Numbered from the stretch's first letter, positions 25,750-36,725 are shown. The stretch: DNA of 49,276 bases from Burkholderiales bacterium (GCA_035319205.1 DATHDD010000047.1:1-49276), one strand, 5' to 3'. Notes: generated by a model from the sequence alone, not told the origin. Made by a program: numbers and translations.

Positions 25750-26946
25750 ATGAACCCGAATCTCAACCGCCTGCAGCTTTACCCATTTCAAAAACTGGCC
25801 CAACTGCTTGACGGCGTCACTCCCAGATCAGGCTTGACTCCGATCAACCTATCCATAGGCGAACCGAAACACGCAACGCCGCATTTCATTCAACAAACCT
25901 TGGCGCAGAACCTTGAGGGCCTTGCGAATTATCCCACAACCCAAGGAAGTCCCGGTTTACGTGAAGCGATTGCTGCGTGGCTCAAACGCCGTTTCAATCT
26001 TCAACATATCAACTCGGATACCGAAGTGCTGCCGGTAAACGGCAGCCGCGAAGCATTGTTTGCAATCGCACAAGCGGTCATTGATGCTTCATTGCCTGAG
26101 CCGGTGGTGGTTTGTCCCAACCCGTTTTACCAGATTTATGAGGGCGCGGCTTTACTCGCGTGCGCAGTGCCGCATTTCCTGAACATCATGCCGCAAAACA
26201 GCTTTAAGCTTGAATTTCGCCAGCTTGATGAATCCGTTTGGCGCCGCGCTCAGCTGGTTTACGTCTGCTCTCCAGGCAACCCCTGCGGCAGTGTCATGAC
26301 AATAAATGAATGGGAGGAGCTGTTTCGTCTGGCAGATAAGCACGGCTTTATTATTGCATCAGACGAATGCTACTCGGAGCTTTATTTTGAAGAGCGTACC
26401 CCTTCCCTGGGCGGCCTGGAAGCAGCACAACGCCTGGGCAGAACAGGATACCCGCGCCTTATAGCATTTAACAGTCTGTCCAAGCGCTCCAATGTGCCGG
26501 GCATGCGCTCTGGTTTCGTCGCCGGGGAGCGTACGATCATCAAAAATTTTCATCTTTACCGCACATACCACGGATGCGCCATGAGCCCTCCGGTACAAGC
26601 TGCCAGCATTGCCGCTTGGAACGACGAAGCGCATGTAGTTGAAAATCGCCGCATGTACCGCGAAAAATTCACCAAGGTTGCGCCGATTCTGAAGAATCGC
26701 ATGCCGCATCTGGAAATTCCTCAAGGCGGGTTCTATCTATGGGCTGGCACACCCGTTCCCGATACTGAATTCGCATGGCTGCTGTACCGCGATTATAATG
26801 TCACAGTCTTGCCGGGAAGTTACTTGGCGCGCGAAGCTCATGGTATCAACCCTGGGCTCAATTTTGTGCGCATTGCATTGGTTGCGCCGCTTGCTGAGTG
26901 TATCGAGGCAGCACAGCGTATCGCCGATTTCATTGATCAACTTTAA
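25750..26946 (+). CDS. dapC: succinyldiaminopimelate transaminase
   Basis: 398 aa class I/II aminotransferase starting [16 protein letters not shown], with a PLP-lysine context of [14 protein letters not shown]. Immediately upstream of dapD. Confidence 0.85.
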   Translation: MNPNLNRLQLYPFQKLAQLLDGVTPRSGLTPINLSIGEPKHATPHFIQQTLAQNLEGLANYPTTQGSPGLREAIAAWLKRRFNLQHINSDTEVLPVNGSREALFAIAQAVIDASLPEPVVVCPNPFYQIYEGAALLACAVPHFLNIMPQNSFKLEFRQLDESVWRRAQLVYVCSPGNPCGSVMTINEWEELFRLADKHGFIIASDECYSELYFEERTPSLGGLEAAQRLGRTGYPRLIAFNSLSKRSNVPGMRSGFVAGERTIIKNFHLYRTYHGCAMSPPVQAASIAAWNDEAHVVENRRMYREKFTKVAPILKNRMPHLEIPQGGFYLWAGTPVPDTEFAWLLYRDYNVTVLPGSYLAREAHGINPGLNFVRIALVAPLAECIEAAQRIADFIDQL

Positions 26947-26950
26947 AAGC

Positions 26951-27772
26951 ATGATACAACTGCAAACGATTATCGATGAAGCATTTGAGCAGCGCACTGA
27001 AATCACTGCTCGTAACGCCGGGGCCAAACTCAAAAAAGCTGTTATACGGGTACTCGACTTGTTGGATAAAGGCGAACTCCGAGTCGCAGAAAAAATTAAC
27101 CGCCAATGGGTGACTCATCAATGGCTGAAGAAAGCCGTTCTGCTATCATTCCGCATTAATGATAATTCTCTGGTTAAAGGTGGATTTACTAATTACTACG
27201 ACAAAGTGGAAAGCAAGTTTGCGGACTTCGGCGCCAAGGCATTCAGTGCCGGAGGGCTGCGCGTAGTGCCACCCGCCACCGCGCGCAAAGGATCTTATAT
27301 CGCCAAAAACGTCGTGCTCATGCCCTCATACGTCAATATCGGAGCCTATGTTGACGAGGGCACTATGGTGGATACCTGGGTCACGGTAGGTTCATGTGCA
27401 CAAATCGGTAAAAACGTTCACCTTTCCGGAGGGGTGGGTATTGGCGGCGTGCTGGAGCCGGTGCAAGCCAACCCGACCATTATCGAAGACAACGTATTTG
27501 TCGGAGCCCGCTCGGAAATAGTCGAGGGAGTGATTGTTGAAGAAGGCGCGGTGATTTCCATGGGAGTGTTCATCGGACAAAGCACCAAGATCTATAATCG
27601 GGCAACCGGTGAAATCAGCTACGGACGGATCCCTGCAGGTTCGGTAGTCGTTTCCGGAAGCCTGCCTTCAGCTGACGGCAAATACAGCCTCAACTGCGCG
27701 GTCATTGTCAAACAAGTGGACGCCAAAACACGTTCCAAGGTGGGCATCAACGAACTTTTGAGAGAAAATTAA
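26951..27772 (+). CDS. dapD: 2,3,4,5-tetrahydropyridine-2,6-dicarboxylate N-succinyltransferase
   Basis: 273 aa from ATG 26951 ([15 protein letters not shown]..) with a C-terminal hexapeptide-repeat helix. The track's longer form (26798) overlaps dapC and adds a non-homologous, Cys/Arg-rich leader. Confidence 0.93.
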   Translation: MIQLQTIIDEAFEQRTEITARNAGAKLKKAVIRVLDLLDKGELRVAEKINRQWVTHQWLKKAVLLSFRINDNSLVKGGFTNYYDKVESKFADFGAKAFSAGGLRVVPPATARKGSYIAKNVVLMPSYVNIGAYVDEGTMVDTWVTVGSCAQIGKNVHLSGGVGIGGVLEPVQANPTIIEDNVFVGARSEIVEGVIVEEGAVISMGVFIGQSTKIYNRATGEISYGRIPAGSVVVSGSLPSADGKYSLNCAVIVKQVDAKTRSKVGINELLREN

Positions 27773-27792
27773 TCCCGATTGCGGGCTGATGT

Positions 27793-27820
27793 TTGACTCG
27801 AAATCTAAAAACTATAAAAT
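27793..27820 (+). promoter_or_regulatory. candidate sigma70 promoter for the unknown/PilU-like gene pair
   Basis: TTGACT (27793-27798), a 16-nt spacer, then TAAAAT (27815-27820), about 130 nt upstream of the GTG start. Confidence 0.35.
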
Positions 27821-27949
27821 CAAGACTTGATCAAAAAAGCGCTGTTTCGGGAGGGTTTCCGCCCTTGACTATAAAAAAAATACTATACTTGTTGAAAACA
27901 CGGTCCAAAGAGTTAAAGATATACCTAGTAAGGTAACCAGGAGCATGCA

Positions 27950-28747
27950 GTGAAATTTCTGGACGAGTTAAAAAAAGAAGCGGAAACGCTGAAGCAAAAA
28001 GAAGCTTTGGATACCCAAGCCAAGCTGACCACGCTTGGCAAGAATTTCATGCAATTGCAGGCCAAGCTGCGCGAGATTTATGCTTACCTCGACGATCTCG
28101 TCAAACAACTTAATATAATCAAGGCGACTGTAGTGCGCTCCTACTACATCGAGGGTGTGGGGCATTTTGAGAATCTCAAACAATACGACTACTTTCTCAA
28201 TAAAAAGCACAAGAGCATAGACAACAAGGATTTCATAGATCAGATTACCTTGCGCTATAGGTGCGCTAGTGGCGCCGTATTGACAGCTGAAAAAGAATCG
28301 CCGTCGACCATCCAGGCCTTGAAAGAATATTTATGGAACTACAACATCAAATTCGAAACCCAGGAATTCAAGACTGAGCGCGGGTTCGTGCAGCGTGCGA
28401 TATTTAAAATTCCCGGTGAAGTAGTGGTGAATATTACTATTAGTGGAGATTTTGAAAAATCGCAAATCAGAATTCACACCAAAAACATGGAAAGGCTGAC
28501 TGAGCGCAATTTTACTTACGAAATTGACGAGATCAATGACGCCATGCTTGAAGAGTTTTCCAAGTATATACTCGGCAAGCCCAACAACTTTTGTCAACTC
28601 GGCAAGCACCAGCTCACGGCTTCCCGTATGGCAACGCCCAAACGGAACATTTTGGACACGCAATATCCACAGGTAGAAGAAGAGACAGGTGATAAGAAAA
28701 AAGGCCTGCTTGACTCAATCAAATCCTTGTTCCCTGAGCGCCGTTAA
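27950..28747 (+). CDS. hypothetical protein (N-terminal coiled coil, no family recognised)
   Basis: 265 aa with a GTG start and AGGAG 7 nt upstream. No signal peptide or TM segment. The stop lies 2 nt before the next ATG. Codon usage is visibly AT-richer than the flanking dap genes. Confidence 0.7.
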   Translation: MKFLDELKKEAETLKQKEALDTQAKLTTLGKNFMQLQAKLREIYAYLDDLVKQLNIIKATVVRSYYIEGVGHFENLKQYDYFLNKKHKSIDNKDFIDQITLRYRCASGAVLTAEKESPSTIQALKEYLWNYNIKFETQEFKTERGFVQRAIFKIPGEVVVNITISGDFEKSQIRIHTKNMERLTERNFTYEIDEINDAMLEEFSKYILGKPNNFCQLGKHQLTASRMATPKRNILDTQYPQVEEETGDKKKGLLDSIKSLFPERR

Positions 28748-28749
28748 TT

Positions 28750-29928
28750 ATGCAACTTAGCCAGCTATTCAGGCTGATGTCAGATAAACAGGCGTCAGAT
28801 GTGTTTTTTTCCAAAGCTGCTCCCATCCATATCAAAATTAACGGTAGCTTAGTTCCGCTTAACACTCCGCTGCTGGATTCGGAGATCATCAAGAAAATCG
28901 CCTACGAAATGATGAATGAAACGCAAATCCGCGAGTTTGAGTCCTGCATGGAAATGAATTTTGCACACGCTGTACCGGGTCTCGGCAATTTCCGTGTCAA
29001 CCTGTTTCAGCAGCGCGGTGAAACCGCCATGGTAATCCGCTTCGTCACTGAAAACATCCCGCCGATTGATGAGCTCGGACTGCCCACGTTCCTCAAGGAC
29101 TTAGTCATGGAAAAACGTGGCTTCGTGCTTATAGTGGGTGCGACTGGCTCTGGCAAATCTTCAACTCTGGCTTCAATGCTGGATTACCGCAATAGCAACA
29201 AGACAGGCCACATTCTGACTGTCGAAGACCCGATTGAATATGTTTTCAAGCATAAAAAGTCCATTGTTAACCAGCGCGAAGTCGGCACCGACACCAAATC
29301 TTTTTCCAGTGCTTTGGTGAACGCCATGCGCGAAGCGCCTGACGTGCTGATGATCGGCGAGATACGCGACAAAGAAACCCTGCAGCACGCGCTGATTTAT
29401 GCGCAAACCGGGCATCTTTGCTTGTCCACGCTGCATGCCAACACTACATACCACGCGCTAAACCGCATCGTCAATTTTCTCCCGAGTGAATTGCGGCCCA
29501 GTCTGCTGCTTGATCTTTCCCTCAGTTTGCGTTGCGTGCTCTCGCAGCGCCTGGTGAAAGGTTCGGATGGACGGCTGCTGCCGGCTGTCGAGGTTCTGTT
29601 GAATACCTCGCGCGTAGCCGAACTCATTCGCAAAGGCGATTTTGACTTAATCAAGGACGCCATGGATCAAAGCATCTACCCCGGCTCGCAAAGCTTCGAG
29701 CAAGCGTTGTTCCACCTCTTCAGGACGGGCAAAATCAGTAAGGATGAAGCTCTGCATAATTGCGATTCTTCCACCAACATGCTGTGGATGATCAACAACG
29801 CCTCACAGGTCAAGGAGCCTCCCGTACTTAATCTTTCCGATACAATGATCAGTGAAACCGAAACCAGTAAGAAAGAAAGCGAAGAGTTTACGTTGAGCCT
29901 AGATATGCTCAACAAGCTGAAAAGCTGA
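28750..29928 (+). CDS. PilT/PilU-family type IV pilus retraction-type ATPase (PilU-like paralogue)
   Basis: 392 aa with Walker A GATGSGKSST, an Asp box ILTVEDPIEY, Walker B DVLMIGEIRD and a His box TGHLCLSTLHAN. It has VAELIRKGD in place of the PilT AIRNLIRE motif, as in PilU, plus a roughly 50-aa acidic C-terminal tail. Confidence 0.88.
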   Translation: MQLSQLFRLMSDKQASDVFFSKAAPIHIKINGSLVPLNTPLLDSEIIKKIAYEMMNETQIREFESCMEMNFAHAVPGLGNFRVNLFQQRGETAMVIRFVTENIPPIDELGLPTFLKDLVMEKRGFVLIVGATGSGKSSTLASMLDYRNSNKTGHILTVEDPIEYVFKHKKSIVNQREVGTDTKSFSSALVNAMREAPDVLMIGEIRDKETLQHALIYAQTGHLCLSTLHANTTYHALNRIVNFLPSELRPSLLLDLSLSLRCVLSQRLVKGSDGRLLPAVEVLLNTSRVAELIRKGDFDLIKDAMDQSIYPGSQSFEQALFHLFRTGKISKDEALHNCDSSTNMLWMINNASQVKEPPVLNLSDTMISETETSKKESEEFTLSLDMLNKLKS

Positions 29929-30015
29929 TTGATCTTTCCTGTTGCCGATGGCGCAATCATGTGCCGCGCCTCCCCTGCCTATCCGTGCTTAATAATGATA
30001 ATCTTTTTCTCATGA

Positions 30016-32069
<2,054 letters not shown>

Positions 32070-32083
32070 AATGTACTCTATAA

Positions 32084-32105
32084 GACTTCTTACCTTGACT
32101 TCTTA
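32084..32105 (+). repeat. tandem 9-bp direct repeat GACTTCTTA (13-bp register) overlapping the -35 box
   Basis: GACTTCTTA occurs at 32084-32092 and again at 32097-32105. Confidence 0.8.
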
Positions 32106-32123
32106 TTAAGTTTCCAATATAAA
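32095..32123 (+). promoter_or_regulatory. candidate sigma70 promoter of the OMP/FecR-domain operon
   Basis: TTGACT (32095-32100), a 17-nt spacer, then TATAAA (32118-32123), in an AT-rich 130-nt spacer. GGAGG lies 6 nt before ATG 32200. Confidence 0.45.
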
Positions 32124-32199
32124 AATAGGCAAATAGTGGTAATAATTCACAAATCATAAAAATAGCCACATGGCGAAAAGCTGCTAACCGGAGGATTTA

Positions 32200-33522
32200 A
32201 TGAGGTTTACGCTCCTTTTCGCCATATTCCTGTTAGCAATCATTTCCACAAATTTCGCTTACGCTGCAGTCGCGGAAGAGGTCAAAGCAATGCTGGAACA
32301 AGGCAAAGCCAAAGAAGCGTATGAACTCGGCAAGCAGCACCCCGAGTTTCTTGGCGATCCGGTATTTGATTTTTATTACGGCGTAGCTGCTATTGACGCC
32401 GGCCATGCCGGCGAAGGCGTGCTGGCGTTGGAACGCTACATCATCAATTTCCCGGAAAATGCCAGCGCCCGCCTGGAACTTGCGCGTGGCTATTATGTGC
32501 TCGGCGAAGATGTGCGCTCCCGGGAGGAATTCTCGGCAGTTCTAAAGACCAATCCCCCTGAGGAGGTGAAGTTCAATATCCAGCGCTACCTCGACGCCAT
32601 CCGCTCGCGTGAATCGGTCTATAAAACCAGCGCGGCAGCCTTTATCGAAGCCGGTGGGGGGTATGACACCAACGTCAACGCCGGCGTGAGTAATGCCAAC
32701 ATCACCTTGCCGGTATTCGGCCCGGTCACCGTTGCAACCGCGGGAGTCAAAGCTCATTCCTGGTTTGAGTATTTCGCGCTAGGCGGTCAGTTGTCGCAGC
32801 CGGTGGCGCCCGGGGTTGGAGTTTTCGGAGGCGGCTCATTCAACGCCAAGTACAACAACGATCATCAGGATCAGGCCAACCAGTTCGACCAAAGAAATCT
32901 TAATCTGAATGCCGGCCTAAGCTATCTGAAAAACAAAAATTTATACCGTATCAGCGGCTTTTATTCTCGCATTGACGTTGACAGTGACCTGTTCCTTCAA
33001 TCGCCCGGCACCACGGCTGAATGGTATTACCAGTACGATGAGCTGCAGACTTTCAATACATTCGCCCAGTACGCGAACTTGAACTATGCTGGAACCAACA
33101 CCCCGCGCTCCTCGAATTTCTACTCGGGCGGGTTGGGTTACCGGAAGGCGTTTATCGCCAAGTTGCAGCCCCTGATTAGTTTGGGCGCAAGTTATTCCAG
33201 GGAAAACAACACCGAGGGCCGCGATGATTTGTCACGCAACATCTATTCCGGGAGCATTACTTTCGGCTTCACCCCTTTCCCAAAATGGGCGGTAAGCATT
33301 GGCGGCGCCTATCAAAGAAGCTTGTACCTGGAGCCAGACGCCTTTTTGTTAACCACTCGCGCGGACAGTTACTACACGGCAAATGCCGCGATAAGCTATG
33401 CCATTACTCCGAAACTGAGTGCGTGGGTGGAGAATCTGTATTCAAAGAACAATTCCAATATTTCGCTATATTCATATAGTAGAGAATTAGCCTCGTTCAA
33501 ACTCCGTTACGATTTCAAGTGA
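32200..33522 (+). CDS. outer-membrane protein with periplasmic TPR domain + C-terminal beta-barrel (Slam/DUF560-like architecture, candidate)
   Basis: 440 aa with a signal peptide (..NFAYA/AV), about 110 aa of TPR-like helices, then about 300 aa of Gly/Asn/Tyr-rich amphipathic strands (GGGYDTNVNAG ... FKLRYDFK). Confidence 0.6.
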   Translation: MRFTLLFAIFLLAIISTNFAYAAVAEEVKAMLEQGKAKEAYELGKQHPEFLGDPVFDFYYGVAAIDAGHAGEGVLALERYIINFPENASARLELARGYYVLGEDVRSREEFSAVLKTNPPEEVKFNIQRYLDAIRSRESVYKTSAAAFIEAGGGYDTNVNAGVSNANITLPVFGPVTVATAGVKAHSWFEYFALGGQLSQPVAPGVGVFGGGSFNAKYNNDHQDQANQFDQRNLNLNAGLSYLKNKNLYRISGFYSRIDVDSDLFLQSPGTTAEWYYQYDELQTFNTFAQYANLNYAGTNTPRSSNFYSGGLGYRKAFIAKLQPLISLGASYSRENNTEGRDDLSRNIYSGSITFGFTPFPKWAVSIGGAYQRSLYLEPDAFLLTTRADSYYTANAAISYAITPKLSAWVENLYSKNNSNISLYSYSRELASFKLRYDFK

Positions 33523-33530
33523 GGTCTGCC

Positions 33531-35144
33531 ATGAAACTGCTCAAGCTTAGCTTGCTTTTGACTATTTTATTCGCTCTTTGCGGCACGGTACATGCCGAGG
33601 TTGTCGGCAGAGTACTGATAGCTGCGGGTGACACCTCTGTGATCCGACACAACCAGGAGCTTCGCATTGCAGTCGGTTCTCCCGTTGAAGACCAAGATAC
33701 CCTCAAAACCGGTCCCGCCAGCAATATGCAGGTGCGATTCACCGATGAGAGCGTCGTGTCGCTGCGCGACCAAAGCCTGCTCAAAATCGATGAATACAAA
33801 TTCAACGGCAAGCAAGACGGCATGGAAAAAGCCTTTTTCAACCTTGTGAAAGGCGGCTTCAGGACCATCACCGGCTTGATTGGCAAGGTCAACAAAACCA
33901 ATTACGGCGTGAAAACAGCGACCGCAACCATCGGCATCCGCGGCACTAATTTTGCGCTGCTCTATTGCTCCGAAGGCAATTGCGGTGTGGCTGCCAAAAA
34001 CGGACTTTACGGCGGGGTAAGCGGGGGAATCATCGCTGCAAAAAACCGCACAGGAGAGTACCAGTATGGCTCGGGCGATTATTTCTTTATACCCAGCGAG
34101 AATGAGCCGGCAAAAAAGCTTATTGGACCTCCAGATTTCTTAGCTGATCATCTACCCGGGCAAGGACGCGTAGAAGGGCGGAAGGTAGCCTTTGAAGGAA
34201 ACGAACGGCCGGAACATGGCGGCATCGATTGGGATGGCCGTCCTAACAGGATCACTCAAGCACCGCCACAGAAAAAATACATAGTCACTGAAAACCTTTG
34301 TGACGACGGCTTTACGTGCGTGCTGCTGCCACCTTCACCACCTCCTGTCACACCATCACCTGCAGTGCTGCCTGCAGCGGGTACCAATGCGCTAGAACTT
34401 GCTTGGGCGGCAGGTTCACGCACCGACGTTGCTCAGGCATTCGAGGCAAACGGGGACATTATTACATTGTCTGGAAGCCAAATGACACTTTATTGCGTCA
34501 CCTCCACCGGTTGTGTTACCCCCTTTACCGTCTTCGATCCCGGTCAGAAGGGCACATTGGGTTCAGGCACAGTAATCGATCAGGGTAGCACCTCAATTGG
34601 TAACATGTTCTGGGGGCTTTGGGTCCCAGATCCAACAACCACTTTCGTTACTTCAACTTCTTTTGGCAGCTTCTCTGTCCCAGTCCCGTACATCTTTGGG
34701 GCACCCGCTACCAGTGTACCTAGCTCGGGCACTGTAAATTTCACCTTTGCAGGTGGGCCCAGTCCGGTTGACGGGTCGGGTACTCTCGGAACCATGACCA
34801 GTGGCCCTCTCAGAGTAGACTTCCTGAACCGAGCCGTCGGACTGGCACCAGGCTCGACCATCTCGCTATCTTTTGGTACGGGTGCGCCCAGCTATACCAT
34901 AACGACGCTTTCCGCCGGCTATGCGCCGTCTTCGACGCTAATTACGGGTACTTTGTCTGGAACTTGCAGTGGTGGGCTCTGTGGACCTTCTACGGCGACC
35001 AACGTGAGCGACAGGGTCAGCGCGCACTTTACCAGCTCAACATCAGGACTGGGGATTGCGCTTGCAGCAGCCGTCACGACCACCAGCACCTCAGCAGCAT
35101 TTGCTGCCGCCTATACATGCTCGAAAGGAACAGGTCCCTGCTGA
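33531..35144 (+). CDS. secreted FecR-domain protein with proline-rich linker and Thr/Ser/Gly-rich C-terminal module
   Basis: ATG 33531 has GAGG 6 nt upstream, and an alternative GTG at 33519 overlaps the upstream stop. The signal peptide is MKLLKLSLLLTILFALCGTVHA/EV. A FecR-like region runs from GDTSVIRHNQ to IGIRGTNFALL. A PPSPPPVTPSP linker is followed by a C-terminal region with paired Cys. Confidence 0.75.
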   Translation: MKLLKLSLLLTILFALCGTVHAEVVGRVLIAAGDTSVIRHNQELRIAVGSPVEDQDTLKTGPASNMQVRFTDESVVSLRDQSLLKIDEYKFNGKQDGMEKAFFNLVKGGFRTITGLIGKVNKTNYGVKTATATIGIRGTNFALLYCSEGNCGVAAKNGLYGGVSGGIIAAKNRTGEYQYGSGDYFFIPSENEPAKKLIGPPDFLADHLPGQGRVEGRKVAFEGNERPEHGGIDWDGRPNRITQAPPQKKYIVTENLCDDGFTCVLLPPSPPPVTPSPAVLPAAGTNALELAWAAGSRTDVAQAFEANGDIITLSGSQMTLYCVTSTGCVTPFTVFDPGQKGTLGSGTVIDQGSTSIGNMFWGLWVPDPTTTFVTSTSFGSFSVPVPYIFGAPATSVPSSGTVNFTFAGGPSPVDGSGTLGTMTSGPLRVDFLNRAVGLAPGSTISLSFGTGAPSYTITTLSAGYAPSSTLITGTLSGTCSGGLCGPSTATNVSDRVSAHFTSSTSGLGIALAAAVTTTSTSAAFAAAYTCSKGTGPC

Positions 35145-35156
35145 CTTAGCAGGGAA

Positions 35157-35948
35157 TTAAGCGCAGTCTTGCTTGATTTTGCGTGGCGCAGGCGATTCAG
35201 CCTGCGCCATAATTTTTGTTATTTCGTTTCTCCCGAGCTCAAGGCACTGCCCTTTTTTCAAGCGTGGCGGTAGCCAAATCATTCCGAAACGTACGCGGAT
35301 TAAGCGGCTGACGGTAAATCCCAGCGCTTTGAATATCCTGTGCACGACGCGGTTACGGCCTTCCTTGAGCACAATACGGTACCAGTGATTGGCACCCACT
35401 CCCCCCTGATCATTGATGCTTTCAACTTTCGCCAGCCCGTCTTCTAGCCAAACGCCTTTCCCAAGCTGAAGCATCTGCTCGGGCTTTAATCTGCCAAGGA
35501 TTCTTACTGCGTATTCGCGCTCGACTTCGTATTTCGGGTGCATCAAGCGGTTTGCGAGTTCGCCTGAATTGGTGAACATCAGCAATCCCAAAGTATTGTA
35601 ATCAAGACGCCCTATTGCGATCCATTTTGCAGAACGGATGACCGGCAATTTATCAAACACACTTGGTCGACCCTCGGGATCAGCGCGGCTTACTATTTCC
35701 CCTTCCGGTTTGTAGTAGAGAATGACCCTCGGCAATTCGGTATCAAAATTGAGTTTGATAACGCGCTTGTCAACGCTAATATGGTCGTGAAGGCCGGCTT
35801 TCATTCCCAAGACAGCGGGCTTGCCGTTGACCGTGACCCGACCCTGACGAATCAACTCTTCAATCGCGCGGCGCGAACCTACCCCTGCTTGTGCTAATAC
35901 TTTTTGGACTCGCTCTTTAGCTTCAGCGTGCTGTTTTTGATTTCGCAT
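35157..35948 (-). CDS. rluB: 23S rRNA pseudouridine synthase, RluB-like (RsuA/RluB family)
   Basis: 263 aa with an N-terminal S4 domain (VQKVLAQAGVGSRRAIEELIRQGRVTVNG) and the catalytic GRLD motif (IAIGRLDYNTLGLL). Confidence 0.82.
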   Translation of the reverse strand: MRNQKQHAEAKERVQKVLAQAGVGSRRAIEELIRQGRVTVNGKPAVLGMKAGLHDHISVDKRVIKLNFDTELPRVILYYKPEGEIVSRADPEGRPSVFDKLPVIRSAKWIAIGRLDYNTLGLLMFTNSGELANRLMHPKYEVEREYAVRILGRLKPEQMLQLGKGVWLEDGLAKVESINDQGGVGANHWYRIVLKEGRNRVVHRIFKALGFTVSRLIRVRFGMIWLPPRLKKGQCLELGRNEITKIMAQAESPAPRKIKQDCA

Positions 35949-35953
35949 CTTAG

Positions 35954-36093
35954 CAGGCTATTGATAAACGTAGCGAGGAAGCCCTTATGCGCAAATAAGG
36001 TGAGCGAACGACTAGAGGGTACAGTGTAAATGCGGCGAGAAATAAGCGAGCTTTTGACAAAGCAGACGGGCTGCAGTAGTTTTCAATAGCCTG
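35954..36093. repeat. 11-bp perfect inverted repeat bracketing the recR-rluB spacer
   Basis: CAGGCTATTGA (35954-35964) pairs with TCAATAGCCTG (36083-36093). There is an internal hairpin CCTTAT-n6-ATAAGG (35983-36000). Confidence 0.8.
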
Positions 36094-36690
36094 TTAGAGC
36101 GGCCTGCGTTCGAGTACAGCTTGCGCCAGCGTGCCGCTGTCCACATGCTCTAGCTCGCCACCCGCCGGCAGCCCGCTCGCAATGCGGCTTACTTTTATGC
36201 CGCGGGGCTTAAGCAATTCGCTGATATAGTGCGCTGTCGCTTCACCTTCGACTGTGAAATTAGTCGCCAGCACCACTTCTTTTACTATCCCGTCCTGTAC
36301 TCGCTTTAGCAGCTTTTCAAGGTGAATTTGTTTCGGGCCTATGCCGTCGAGTGGCGACAAACGTCCCATCAGCACGAAATACATGCCCTGGTAGCACTGG
36401 GTCTGTTCCATCATCAGTAAATCGGCGGGGGTTTCCACTACACATAACAGATGCGCATCTCTCTTTGCCGAACTGCAAAGAGTGCATATTTCCTGCTCGG
36501 CGAAGCTGTTGCACTTCCCGCAATGCCTGATGTTTTCCAACGCCCTGCGCAAGGCGTCCGCCAGCCGCGATGCGCCAGCTTGGTCGCGTTGAAGCAGATG
36601 GTAGGCCATGCGTTGCGCTGATTTGGGCCCCACTCCAGGCAGGCAGTGCAGCGACTCGATAAGTTGTTCAAGACTGGAAGGAGATTTCAT
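36094..36690 (-). CDS. recR: recombination protein RecR
   Basis: 198 aa with an HhH N-terminus ([13 protein letters not shown]), a C4 zinc finger (CGKCNSF..CTLC) and a Toprim domain. Confidence 0.95.
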   Translation of the reverse strand: MKSPSSLEQLIESLHCLPGVGPKSAQRMAYHLLQRDQAGASRLADALRRALENIRHCGKCNSFAEQEICTLCSSAKRDAHLLCVVETPADLLMMEQTQCYQGMYFVLMGRLSPLDGIGPKQIHLEKLLKRVQDGIVKEVVLATNFTVEGEATAHYISELLKPRGIKVSRIASGLPAGGELEHVDSGTLAQAVLERRPL

Positions 36691-36725
36691 TACTGCGTTC
36701 GTGATGATGCTTTGGTGCGTAGTAT

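Noticed and set aside
26798-26950. 51-codon N-terminal extension of dapD.
   Set aside because: It lies entirely inside dapC in another frame and is not DapD-like. ATG 26951, 4 nt after the dapC stop, gives the expected protein.
27865-27889. Second TTGACT followed by TATACT upstream of the unknown gene.
   Set aside because: The spacer is only 13 nt, too short for a sigma70 promoter. The upstream TTGACT-16-TAAAAT at 27793-27820 is the better candidate.
28379-28447. Possible PilZ-type c-di-GMP motif in the 265-aa unknown protein (RGFVQR ... NITISG).
   Set aside because: The arginine spacing is RxxxxR rather than RxxxR, the gap to the N-x-T-x-x-G element is only 11 residues, and Thr replaces Ser. 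This is too weak to call and is worth only an HMM check.
33576-33590. Possible lipobox in the FecR-domain protein signal peptide (LFALCG).
   Set aside because: Position -1 is Leu rather than Gly/Ala/Ser. A signal peptidase I site (VHA/EV) five residues later fits better, so I treat the protein as non-lipidated.
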